IMG/VR virus record: IMGVR_UViG_3300033518_000398
Coordinates: 14,764 to 78,763 of that record
From: a virus
Taxonomy: Duplodnaviria > Caudoviricetes
Direction: 5' to 3' (one strand)
DNA length: 64,000 nucleotides
This document shows, piece after piece, positions 48,752 to 57,056 of this stretch (positions within the stretch are counted from its first letter, which is position 1; each line of letters opens with the position of its first letter). The notes beneath the pieces were generated by a model. That model saw only the letters and a program-made list of their open reading frames with translations, made no database searches and had not been told where the DNA came from. Made by a program: the position numbers and the translations under genes.

Positions 48752-48837
48752 CAACAATGTCTTCCACGCCTCTAAATTATGCGCATCTGGAAGGCTACTT
48801 GTAGAATCCAATCATAGTACTGTGATTGGATTCATAT

Positions 48838-48910
48838 AGTGATGTGGCGCAACGGTCAGCGCAGGACGCTTATATCGTCAAGGTTGTGGGTTCGAATCCC
48901 ACCTTCGCTA
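48838..48910 (+). tRNA. tRNA-Ile(UAU)
   Basis: GACG-CTTATAT-CGTC; A73. Confidence 0.8.
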
Positions 48911-48917
48911 CAAATAT

Positions 48918-49004
48918 GACTTCGTTGCTTTAGTTGGTCGAAAAGTCCAGACTGTTAATCTGGTGAACAATGTTCCATCGCAGGTTCGAATCCTGCCGAA
49001 GTCG
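48918..49004 (+). tRNA. tRNA-Asn(GUU) with long variable arm
   Basis: CCAGA-CTGTTAA-TCTGG; variable T-GAAC-AAT-GTTC-CATC; G73. Confidence 0.85.
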
Positions 49005-49008
49005 CAAT

Positions 49009-49083
49009 GCACCAGTAGCTCAGGGGTAGAGCGTTTGTCCGTTAAACAAAGGGTCGGGATTTCGAAATTCTCTTGGTGCGCCA
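49009..49083 (+). tRNA. tRNA-Asn(GUU), second copy with C33
   Basis: TTTGT-CCGTTAA-ACAAA; CCA encoded. Confidence 0.75.
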
Positions 49084-49141
49084 AAAACGTTTGCAATTAT
49101 AAAATAAATAATTATCTTTGTTTAAAATTAATTTTATTATT

Positions 49142-49354
49142 ATGAGTGAAAATTGGAAATACGTTTTATTGGAATATACCTACACAACATATTGTCAAGG
49201 AAGTGCTGATAGGAATTTAGGACAGGCTTTAATTCATTGTCCCGAAGATTGTAGCTTCAATAATATTAGGTCAACACTGTTTAATAAAAAACATCGTGAA
49301 GGTGTTTATGAAATTGATATTAATAGTGTGAAAGATGTAACAATAGAATGGTAA
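49142..49354 (+). CDS. Hypothetical protein
   Basis: ORF; TATCTTTG promoter upstream. Confidence 0.6.
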   Translation: MSENWKYVLLEYTYTTYCQGSADRNLGQALIHCPEDCSFNNIRSTLFNKKHREGVYEIDINSVKDVTIEW

Positions 49355-49393
49355 GATAATTAAAAATTATACTATTTATATGAAAAATATTAT

Positions 49394-49612
49394 ATGAAAA
49401 AAATATTAAATCTTATTAAGTTAAATTTCATAACGTTCATTAAGTCAGCTTGGTATGCAATTATTGCAGTATTAATTGGGGTTGTTATTGGAATTATATG
49501 TGGATTTCAAATTGGATTTCTAACATTTTTTACGATTTGTAGCACAATCGTTTTGTTTGTTTGGTTAAGACAATTATATTGGTGGATTACTAAAACAGGT
49601 GATTATAAATGA
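49394..49612 (+). CDS. Small membrane protein
   Basis: Two TM segments. Confidence 0.65.
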   Translation: MKKILNLIKLNFITFIKSAWYAIIAVLIGVVIGIICGFQIGFLTFFTICSTIVLFVWLRQLYWWITKTGDYK

Positions 49613-50124
49613 AATTAGTTATACATAAAAACAAAAGAAGACCATTTCCTTATTTTGGAATATTCTTGCCAGTTTTAATTAGAAAAGATAAATCATTCAT
49701 AATTACGAAAAGTTTTAAGTTCACCGAGTCCACGATTTATCTGTTTAATGACGAAGACCAATATGATGTGAATAAATTATTTGGATTTAGTGTTGGTATG
49801 CATCACAACAATTCATTTAGATTTGGTTGGAGACCAAATACTGATTTGAGTAAAATCGAAATCGTTGGTTATGAATATCATAATAAACTAAGAATACCGA
49901 CAATACCAATTTGTGAAATTGATTTGAATAAATGGTATGAATTCACGTTAAAATATAATCATAAAACCAATTATATCGAATATCGTGTGACTGATGGTGA
50001 ATATACCAACAGTACACAACACCCGATTAAGCTAAAGGATAATATAAATTTTGGATACAAACTTGATTTATATTTTGGCGGTAATAAAACCGCACCACAT
50101 AAAATGATTTTTTATAAGGAATAA
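49609..50124 (+). CDS. Hypothetical beta-rich protein
   Basis: 171 aa; LYFGGNKTAPH C-terminus. Confidence 0.7.
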   Translation: MKLVIHKNKRRPFPYFGIFLPVLIRKDKSFIITKSFKFTESTIYLFNDEDQYDVNKLFGFSVGMHHNNSFRFGWRPNTDLSKIEIVGYEYHNKLRIPTIPICEIDLNKWYEFTLKYNHKTNYIEYRVTDGEYTNSTQHPIKLKDNINFGYKLDLYFGGNKTAPHKMIFYKE

Positions 50125-50125
50125 T

Positions 50126-51037
50126 ATGGGATTAGATATCAATAAAAAAACTGGTCAACATGTTGACGAATATGGAATGATGATGGGTGAAAACCCTTCG
50201 TGGAATCCTAATGGTGATGCTGGAATGGGTGATAGTATTGGAACAACACTTGATGCTTATTTAGCATATGATTATGAACCATTTGTTGATGCCGTTAAGT
50301 GTTGTTATGACGTTAAGCACGATGAGAATGGACTATTATATATTCAAGGCTATAGACATCCATCGTTAAAATATGATGAGTATAATACGCTTAGTCGAGA
50401 CCATATTCTTAATACATTAATATTAATGAAGGTTAGTAATAATAAGAAATTTCTAATGACATTATCCAATAATTTAAGGTGGAAAATTAGTGACAAATAT
50501 TGTTTTACTATTGACTTGTGGCTTTGGATGAAAGGTATTACTGGAAATCGATTCTATATGTTCCTCTATTATTTAATTGATTTACCAATAATGTTTTTTT
50601 CGATAATTTGGAATAAAATTATTAATTGTTTAGGTGGTTTTGGTAAAGAAAGTCCACAAGATGAATTTATTATTGTTAGCAACGATAAAATATCGAAAAA
50701 AAAACAATATCTTAGGGGTTTAAGATACCCTTTATATACTATTGCACAAAAATCCTTCATGATGTACGTTTCATCAAATTCTTTGGGAAAGTGGTTAATG
50801 AAGAAAATCTGTCTTTGGGGTGTTGATGAGCAGAATTTTTTGTTGAGGGTAATGTTTGGTGGCAAAATAACTTCCGTAGAAGTATATGGTTATAAAGCAA
50901 TGAATGGCTGGCGTTGGACTACACATCTTAATGAATTAAATGATAGGGAATTATATGTTATAACCGATTCGAAAAGACTTGAATCTAATGTGCTTGATGT
51001 CGATTTATTGAGAAAAATGTATGAAAAATTAAAATAA
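50126..51037 (+). CDS. Hypothetical protein
   Basis: 303 aa ORF. Confidence 0.7.
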   Translation: MGLDINKKTGQHVDEYGMMMGENPSWNPNGDAGMGDSIGTTLDAYLAYDYEPFVDAVKCCYDVKHDENGLLYIQGYRHPSLKYDEYNTLSRDHILNTLILMKVSNNKKFLMTLSNNLRWKISDKYCFTIDLWLWMKGITGNRFYMFLYYLIDLPIMFFSIIWNKIINCLGGFGKESPQDEFIIVSNDKISKKKQYLRGLRYPLYTIAQKSFMMYVSSNSLGKWLMKKICLWGVDEQNFLLRVMFGGKITSVEVYGYKAMNGWRWTTHLNELNDRELYVITDSKRLESNVLDVDLLRKMYEKLK

Positions 51038-51046
51038 TTAAATAAA

Positions 51047-51238
51047 ATGAAAACAATAAAAATTCTATTTTTCGCTATTTTACTAATTGGATTTTCAACA
51101 AATTCATATGCAGTAGTTTCTAAGGTTAGGGGTAATAATAAAGCAGTTGGTGCACCCTTGGATGGTGGATTGCTTTCAATACTTGGAGTAGCTGGTGTTA
51201 GTTATTATCTCGTTAGAAAAAAACAAAATCTTAAATAA
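51047..51238 (+). CDS. Small secreted protein with PID-CTERM-like sorting signal
   Basis: Signal peptide then APLDGGLLSILGVAGVSYYLVRKK. Confidence 0.7.
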   Translation: MKTIKILFFAILLIGFSTNSYAVVSKVRGNNKAVGAPLDGGLLSILGVAGVSYYLVRKKQNLK

Positions 51239-51247
51239 AACAATAAT

Positions 51248-51321
51248 GCCTGATTAACTTTAATTGGTAGAGTGCCACACTTGTAATGTGGAAGTTGGGG
51301 GTTCGAGTCCCTCATCAGGCT
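51248..51321 (+). tRNA. tRNA-Thr(UGU)
   Basis: CCACA-CTTGTAA-TGTGG. Confidence 0.9.
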
Positions 51322-51374
51322 CAAACGGCTCATAGTGAAAAATAACTTTATTAATTTTAATAACATGGAAGACA

Positions 51375-51599
51375 GTGATGCGAATAACCAAAGAAAAAAC
51401 AGCAACTTGGTTTCTATTCTTAGGAACTTTTTTCAATCCTTTGGGATACGATGCTCTTCTGAAGTGGCTAATGGATACAACAGGCAGTTATTGGTTTTCA
51501 ATTTCAATTTTCTACCTATTATCAGTATCATGCTTTATCTCATACTTCTTATTGGCTAAAGTAAATCCACTCAAAATCTTTACAAGAAAAAGGAATTAA
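51375..51599 (+). CDS. Small membrane protein
   Basis: Two hydrophobic segments. Confidence 0.65.
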   Translation: MMRITKEKTATWFLFLGTFFNPLGYDALLKWLMDTTGSYWFSISIFYLLSVSCFISYFLLAKVNPLKIFTRKRN

Positions 51600-51631
51600 T
51601 GTTGGATATTAATTCCTTTTTTCTTACATTT

Positions 51632-51703
51632 GCCCTCATGATGTAATGGATAGCATACAATTCTTCTAAAATTGTCGTTCAGGTTCGAATCCTGATAAGG
51701 GTA
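51632..51703 (+). tRNA. tRNA-Arg(UCU)
   Basis: CAATT-CTTCTAA-AATTG. Confidence 0.85.
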
Positions 51704-51809
51704 CTAATTAATTGATATGACAACAGTTATTTGTCCAAAGTGTAAACAAGTAGTAATTGCAATAGATAAAGATTATGTTATTTGTTGTGATGAAGTAATA
51801 TATGTAAAC

Positions 51810-51883
51810 GCACCTGTAGTTCAATTGGATAGAGCGTCAGTTTCCTAAACTGAAAGTTATGAGTTCGAGTCTCATCAGGTGTA
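51810..51883 (+). tRNA. tRNA-Arg(CCU)
   Basis: TCAGT-TTCCTAA-ACTGA. Confidence 0.9.
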
Positions 51884-51896
51884 CAAAAATATTAGT

Positions 51897-52277
51897 ATGA
51901 TAAGGATTTTAAATAAAAAAGACAACAAGCAATTAAGTGAATTAATAAAAATCGCACTTATTGAAAACGTTTTTATTGTAAAAAAGAAAAATCATCATTT
52001 TTTTGGCTATTTTATCGATGATAAATTAGTTGGTATTGTTGGCTATTTTACAATGAAAAAATATAAAACCATTGGTTTTATTAACGCATTTGTTTTACCT
52101 GAATACAGAAAATCAGGTATTTATAAAAAACTTACAGAAGAAAGATTCAATTATTGTGTTGAAAATTATAAAGGATTTAAAATTTTTATATCTGTGAACA
52201 GTAAAAGTAGACCACAAATAGAAAAATTAGGTTTTAAATTAATCGAAGAACAATATAGAATGTGTTTAAGTATTTAA
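51897..52277 (+). CDS. GNAT-family acetyltransferase
   Basis: FVLPEYRKSGI acetyl-CoA-binding motif. Confidence 0.8.
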   Translation: MIRILNKKDNKQLSELIKIALIENVFIVKKKNHHFFGYFIDDKLVGIVGYFTMKKYKTIGFINAFVLPEYRKSGIYKKLTEERFNYCVENYKGFKIFISVNSKSRPQIEKLGFKLIEEQYRMCLSI

Positions 52278-52281
52278 TAAT

Positions 52282-52354
52282 GCCCTTGTAATTCAATGGA
52301 TAGAATGCTTGGTTTCGACCCAAGTCGTTGCGGGTTCGAGTCCTGCCGAGGGTA
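52282..52354 (+). tRNA. tRNA-Arg(UCG)
   Basis: CTTGG-TTTCGAC-CCAAG. Confidence 0.85.
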
Positions 52355-52365
52355 CAAAATAATAT

Positions 52366-52442
52366 GCACCTGTAGCATAATTGGATTAATGCACTTCGCT
52401 ACGAACGAAGAGATTTTGGGGGTTCGAATCCCTTCTGGCGTA
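52366..52442 (+). tRNA. tRNA-Arg(ACG), weak acceptor stem
   Basis: CTTCG-CTACGAA-CGAAG; two acceptor mismatches. Confidence 0.75.
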
Positions 52443-52455
52443 CTAAATTAAAAGT

Positions 52456-52692
52456 ATGAAAACAAAAATTTTGAAGAAAATTAACGAGAGAATCAGAATC
52501 ATGCCAAAAAATGATTCGTTTGTCGTTGAACACCGACCATTAGGTAGTAATGAATGGCGTGAACTTAATATCTTCTCTACACTTTCTGCAGCAATTAACA
52601 AAAAAAATAGTTATATTGTTATGGTAATTATGAGAGATTTGGGTTTTCGAAACGAATTTGTTAAAAGAAGAGTTAAAAGAAACGACAAATGA
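52456..52692 (+). CDS. Hypothetical protein
   Basis: 78 aa ORF. Confidence 0.6.
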   Translation: MKTKILKKINERIRIMPKNDSFVVEHRPLGSNEWRELNIFSTLSAAINKKNSYIVMVIMRDLGFRNEFVKRRVKRNDK

Positions 52693-52880
52693 TTCAAGCT
52701 TTATATGCAAATACTTGGGATGACTTAACTGTTAAGATGATTGGTTATTATCATGACCATTGTCATCATCATTATATTGGTAGTGCCGATGGTGTTCCAG
52801 AAAAATATAAAAAATTTAGAAAAAATGATGTAAAATACATTTTTATTTATGAAGAAGATACTCCAATGAAAAAGGTGTGA
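52689..52880 (+). CDS. Hypothetical protein
   Basis: 63 aa ORF with ATGA overlap. Confidence 0.55.
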   Translation: MIQALYANTWDDLTVKMIGYYHDHCHHHYIGSADGVPEKYKKFRKNDVKYIFIYEEDTPMKKV

Positions 52881-52908
52881 TTATATTTGTAGACCGTGTC
52901 ACACTATA

Positions 52909-53022
52909 AAAATAACACAGAGGATTCATCGCTGCAGCAATGCAGAGGAAGTTCAAGACTCAAGTGCTGAAAACGGGAGACTTTGGTCGAAAAATGGAAA
53001 AGAACGAATTTATGGTTATTTT
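52909..53022 (+). ncRNA. Candidate miniature RNase P-like RNA
   Basis: ATCGCTGCA-GCAA-TGCAG-AGGAAGTTC (P3 and CR-I-like), GAAAAATG (CR-IV-like), AAAGAAC-GAATTT-AT (CR-V-like), 8-bp closing stem; TATATTTG promoter at 52882. Confidence 0.5.
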
Positions 53023-53129
53023 ATAAAAAATGTTGCAGATTGAATTTAATTTAATAAATTTGTGTCATGGAAAACGCAATAAATTAACGTTATAGCCATA
53101 TTTTTCTGTATTTATAAAAAACGGAAATT

Positions 53130-53300
53130 ATGTGGGAATATAAAAGAACTGATATTAAATTCAAGTCATATTTAGAATTAATTGAGGTATTGAACGCTGA
53201 AGGTAAGGAAGGTTGGGAAGTTATTCACTATGACGAATCCGTACCTGAAAAGTTTGATAATAATTTCACTGCCAAAGCATTATATAAACGAAATAAATAG
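53130..53300 (+). CDS. Small DUF4177-like protein
   Basis: MWEYK...LNAEGKEGWEVI; GTATTTAT upstream. Confidence 0.6.
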   Translation: MWEYKRTDIKFKSYLELIEVLNAEGKEGWEVIHYDESVPEKFDNNFTAKALYKRNK

Positions 53301-53307
53301 AACCAGC

Positions 53308-53520
53308 ATGAGTACAATAAGAAAAGCCATTACAATCAGTGAAGATGATTGGGCAATAACACTACTTAAACCATTTTCTGGTCAATACCAAAACCATTTG
53401 TTTGTTCTTAATGAAGATGCTTATGGTGAAGTAATCATAACTGTTGAACAAATAGATGACCTTCGATTTAAATTAAGTCTAAGTGACGAAGAATTTCAAG
53501 AAATATTAAATAGCTTATAA
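53308..53520 (+). CDS. Hypothetical protein
   Basis: ORF track; start moved to MSTIRK. Confidence 0.55.
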   Translation: MSTIRKAITISEDDWAITLLKPFSGQYQNHLFVLNEDAYGEVIITVEQIDDLRFKLSLSDEEFQEILNSL

Positions 53521-53567
53521 AATTAAGTTATTGATTTTTGTAACATTTTCAAATTAATATCCGTATA

Positions 53568-53870
53568 ATGACAAAACGATATGATATGAAGAAGAATTTG
53601 AAAATAGAGTTAACAGAATTGTTTATGGCACAAGCCAGTATGGACAGATGTTTTTACGGTATAATCAAAAAGACTGTAAGTGAAAATAATTTAGTTTCCC
53701 ATTTCAGTAAAATCAAAGTAAATGACGGATATATTGTTTCATGTGCAGCAGACCGAGATACACTTGGTAAGCAACTCGATGAAATGTGTGTTATGGTATT
53801 AGATAAAAAATTACATGAGCACGGTGGTGTTTATACTAAGTATCTTGGTATGAAAATGTATCTGAATTAG
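53568..53870 (+). CDS. Hypothetical protein
   Basis: 100 aa ORF. Confidence 0.6.
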   Translation: MTKRYDMKKNLKIELTELFMAQASMDRCFYGIIKKTVSENNLVSHFSKIKVNDGYIVSCAADRDTLGKQLDEMCVMVLDKKLHEHGGVYTKYLGMKMYLN

Positions 53871-54140
53871 ATGAAAGATTTTGAGCTATTAAAACGAACT
53901 TATCCTGTTTCAGAATTCGACAGAAATTGTGATGGCTACGATTATATTGTGAAAAATAGTACTGAAGATGAAAGACTGGAATGTGGAATAAATCTTAATG
54001 ATTTACAGAGAGTTATTAAAGCTGGTGAGAAATACATATATCAGGTGGCAAAAGAAGGAAAGGAATTTAAAATAATGTGTTTGTGCTTCAATAATTATGC
54101 GATAATAAGAAAACATATATTTAAACTTGATGATGATTAA
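53871..54140 (+). CDS. Hypothetical protein with Cys motifs
   Basis: 89 aa ORF. Confidence 0.6.
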   Translation: MKDFELLKRTYPVSEFDRNCDGYDYIVKNSTEDERLECGINLNDLQRVIKAGEKYIYQVAKEGKEFKIMCLCFNNYAIIRKHIFKLDDD

Positions 54141-54289
54141 ATAAATTAAAGGTATGGAAAACAAATGGTTAATGTTTAAGAATTACATGCATAACGAACT
54201 TGGCATTTTAAATTTGAATAAAACTACTTGTATTTGAAATTTATTATATGTAGATTTACAAAAAATAATTTTATGTTGATTGTTAACGA

Positions 54290-54880
54290 ATGACAGGGAC
54301 AACGAAATATAATGAATTTACTGTTGAAGAATTTGAGAAAATTTTTAATGAAACGGTGGGTCATGAAGATTTTGTTGTATATCCAGATATTCAACTAACG
54401 GTTGACGACATTAAAAACTATATGAATATGTCAGAAGAATTAGAACGTGGTGTAACTTTCACAACTGAAAGCATTATTTTACCCGAAGTAACTAATGTTG
54501 CAGAAACTACCATCGCAGAAGAATTAGAAGAATCACTTGTTGATGAAATTTTTGTGGATGACCTTAATAAAAGAAATTATGTAAAAATCACACCAACATT
54601 TTATATTAAATCTGTTGAAAGTGAAAAGCTTAATGCTGATGGTGAAAAGATTGAATTGTTTCAAATCTTAAATCCAGAAACACAGTTTGTTGAAACAAGA
54701 GAACTTAGTGATGACGAAAAACGTGAAATTCTTGCACACCAATTAAAGGAATCTCACATTATGTTTAAACCAATTAAACATAAGGGTAAGGTTACCACCA
54801 ACCAGTTTGGTGCTGATTATAGAAAAAAACGTCAGCGTAAAAATAAGATGGCAAAAGCCAGTCGTAAAGCTAATAGGTAA
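54290..54880 (+). CDS. Hypothetical protein, acidic N-terminus and basic tail
   Basis: 196 aa ORF. Confidence 0.65.
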   Translation: MTGTTKYNEFTVEEFEKIFNETVGHEDFVVYPDIQLTVDDIKNYMNMSEELERGVTFTTESIILPEVTNVAETTIAEELEESLVDEIFVDDLNKRNYVKITPTFYIKSVESEKLNADGEKIELFQILNPETQFVETRELSDDEKREILAHQLKESHIMFKPIKHKGKVTTNQFGADYRKKRQRKNKMAKASRKANR

Positions 54881-54882
54881 TC

Positions 54883-55206
54883 ATGGAAAGACAAGAAATT
54901 TACAAACGTATTGATAGTGAGAGAGACTATCAGGATGCAAATTGGGGTATGCGCAGACAAGCCGATGGAACTCCTGATGAAGAAAAACCTGTTGCTGAAT
55001 GGATAAACTATATGGAATATCATATAAGTAGAGCCAAGGATAGAGTTTATCATCTTGACACCGAAGGTGCAACAGCAGAACTTCGTAAAGTTGCTGCACT
55101 TGCAGTACGTGCGATGGAGATTCATGGTTGTCCAGAAAGAGTAGTGGTGTTAGACCATAATCCTAATGAGAGTTGTTGCGGTAGTTGTGATTGTAAATCA
55201 GAATAA
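54883..55206 (+). CDS. All-alpha MazG-like (NTP pyrophosphohydrolase-like) protein
   Basis: IDSERDYQD...ELRKVAALAVRAME. Confidence 0.5.
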   Translation: MERQEIYKRIDSERDYQDANWGMRRQADGTPDEEKPVAEWINYMEYHISRAKDRVYHLDTEGATAELRKVAALAVRAMEIHGCPERVVVLDHNPNESCCGSCDCKSE

Positions 55207-55363
55207 TTATGTGGCGACACATTAATAAATTAATTAAAAATTTCTTCATTAAAGAAGAATTTCCAAGTCACATGGTATTTGGTGAACGTTTTAGTGTTAC
55301 ACGAAGAATTAAAACAGATAATATTGCACTAATTATTTCTATTATAGCATTAGCAATCATATT

Positions 55364-55726
55364 ATGGAAAATATAAATTTAGATGACACGTATTGGGATA
55401 GACTCAGGGGATATGTGACTGAACTACGTGTAGATGCTCGTTGGATACTTCGTAAAGACGAGGATGATAAGCCATATGGTTCATTGAGAATTGTGAGTCA
55501 TCCTGACTTGAAACCGGGGTACTTGCGTGCAATTTTCACTTACGTAACCACAATTAGACCAAAATCCAGAGAAGAAAAGCTTCAGACTATTGAAGACTAT
55601 CAGATGGAAATTACTGAACTCGAAGTATATTCGATTAGTGAAGACATTAAAACTGAAAATAAAACATATGAAGCACCATACAAGGAACTTGAAGAACTTT
55701 TTGGTGTAAAAGTATTTGAAAAATGA
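55364..55726 (+). CDS. Hypothetical protein
   Basis: 120 aa ORF. Confidence 0.65.
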   Translation: MENINLDDTYWDRLRGYVTELRVDARWILRKDEDDKPYGSLRIVSHPDLKPGYLRAIFTYVTTIRPKSREEKLQTIEDYQMEITELEVYSISEDIKTENKTYEAPYKELEELFGVKVFEK

Positions 55727-56838
55727 ACAATATATTTGAAAAGTATGTAGTAGAAAATGAAATACTTGTAAATGGGGATGATTGGACAAATATTGTTAAC
55801 ACCCATTCACAAGAATTTATAATTAAACAGATTTCAGATGCCGTTGTTTTATTCAACATTGAACTTCCATATCGTAAGATTACTTTAGATGAAGTTCAAG
55901 CCGAATATAATGCATTATTAAATAAAACCGATTTACTTCAAGAAGGTAAATGGGTAAATAAATTTGATTATAAATATCCTTATCTTGATAATTACATTGG
56001 TATATCGAATGTTGGAAATATTAGTTCTGATTATTTCCAACAAACTGAACGCTGGAAATGTGATGCTACTGGCTATCCATCGCCACATAAAACTTGGGAA
56101 ACTGAACGATTCAGACTCACCTTATTTAAGGCATTATTTAGCCTCAAAGTAAAGGAAATCAATCCACAGGTTTTGCGTAACATAATCTCACTTAGAAAAT
56201 ATATTGCTTCGCAATTCAGACCAAGTGCTGCAAAAACGATATATGATTATTTTCAAGCCGAAACCGTACTGGATTTTAGTATGGGTTGGGGTGATAGAAT
56301 ACTTGGTGCACATGCCAGTAAATATGTGAAAAAATATGTTGGAATTGACCCAAACACCAACTTAATTCCAGCACATGCAAACCAGATAAAATATTATAAT
56401 TCAATTGGAACTCCAATGGAATTTTCTTTATATCCACATTGTGCTGAAAATGAGAAGATTTATTTAACCGACAAATTTGATTTAGTCTTTACATCGCCAC
56501 CGTATTTTGACAAAGAGAAGTATGACCAAGGTAAAAATCAGTCGTATAAAAAATACAAGTCATTTGATAGCTGGATGAAAGATTTTTTATTTAAAACCAT
56601 TGAACTTAGAACCGAGAATCTTAAATCTGGTGGGCATCTGGTGATTAATATTAGTGATATCTATACAAGAAAGAAATTATATAAAATTTGTGACGGCATG
56701 AATGATTATATTGCCAGCACAAATAAGTTTGAGTATGTCGGTGCAATGGGATTAAGAATGCCAAAACGACCGATGAGCATTTCATCAGATACTGTTGGCG
56801 TTTTTGGAGAGCCGATATGGATACATCGTAAAAAATAA
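55723..56838 (+). CDS. SAM-dependent DNA amino-methyltransferase
   Basis: LDFSMGWGDR (motif I), FTSPPY (motif IV). Confidence 0.85.
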   Translation: MNNIFEKYVVENEILVNGDDWTNIVNTHSQEFIIKQISDAVVLFNIELPYRKITLDEVQAEYNALLNKTDLLQEGKWVNKFDYKYPYLDNYIGISNVGNISSDYFQQTERWKCDATGYPSPHKTWETERFRLTLFKALFSLKVKEINPQVLRNIISLRKYIASQFRPSAAKTIYDYFQAETVLDFSMGWGDRILGAHASKYVKKYVGIDPNTNLIPAHANQIKYYNSIGTPMEFSLYPHCAENEKIYLTDKFDLVFTSPPYFDKEKYDQGKNQSYKKYKSFDSWMKDFLFKTIELRTENLKSGGHLVINISDIYTRKKLYKICDGMNDYIASTNKFEYVGAMGLRMPKRPMSISSDTVGVFGEPIWIHRKK

Positions 56839-57025
56839 TCTTTTAGTAGGTATTAGTGAAAAAAGTAAAATAGTTCAACAATATGACAGAGAAGGTAATT
56901 TTATTCAAGAATATGATAATTGTAGAATTGCTTCGGAAAAATATAAGTGTAATCGTGAAAATATAAGAAATTGTTGTAATGGTCATTCAAAAAGTGCTAA
57001 AAATTATATTTGGAAATATAAATAA
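56795..57025 (+). pseudogene. NUMOD1-type homing endonuclease remnant
   Basis: VQQYDREGNFIQEY...IRNCCNG..KSAKNYIWKY. Confidence 0.65.
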
Positions 57026-57056
57026 TTAGATAGATTAATAATTAAATAAATTAAAA

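Noticed and set aside
48810-48834. Near-perfect hairpin GAATCCAATCA...TGATTGGATTC as a mobile element end
   Set aside because: Single copy and no transposase; more likely a processing stem between tRNAs.
48211-52460. Theta/HDV-like ribozymes at tRNA 3' ends
   Set aside because: Trailers are A-rich and I could not build the nested double pseudoknot by eye; a covariance search would be needed.
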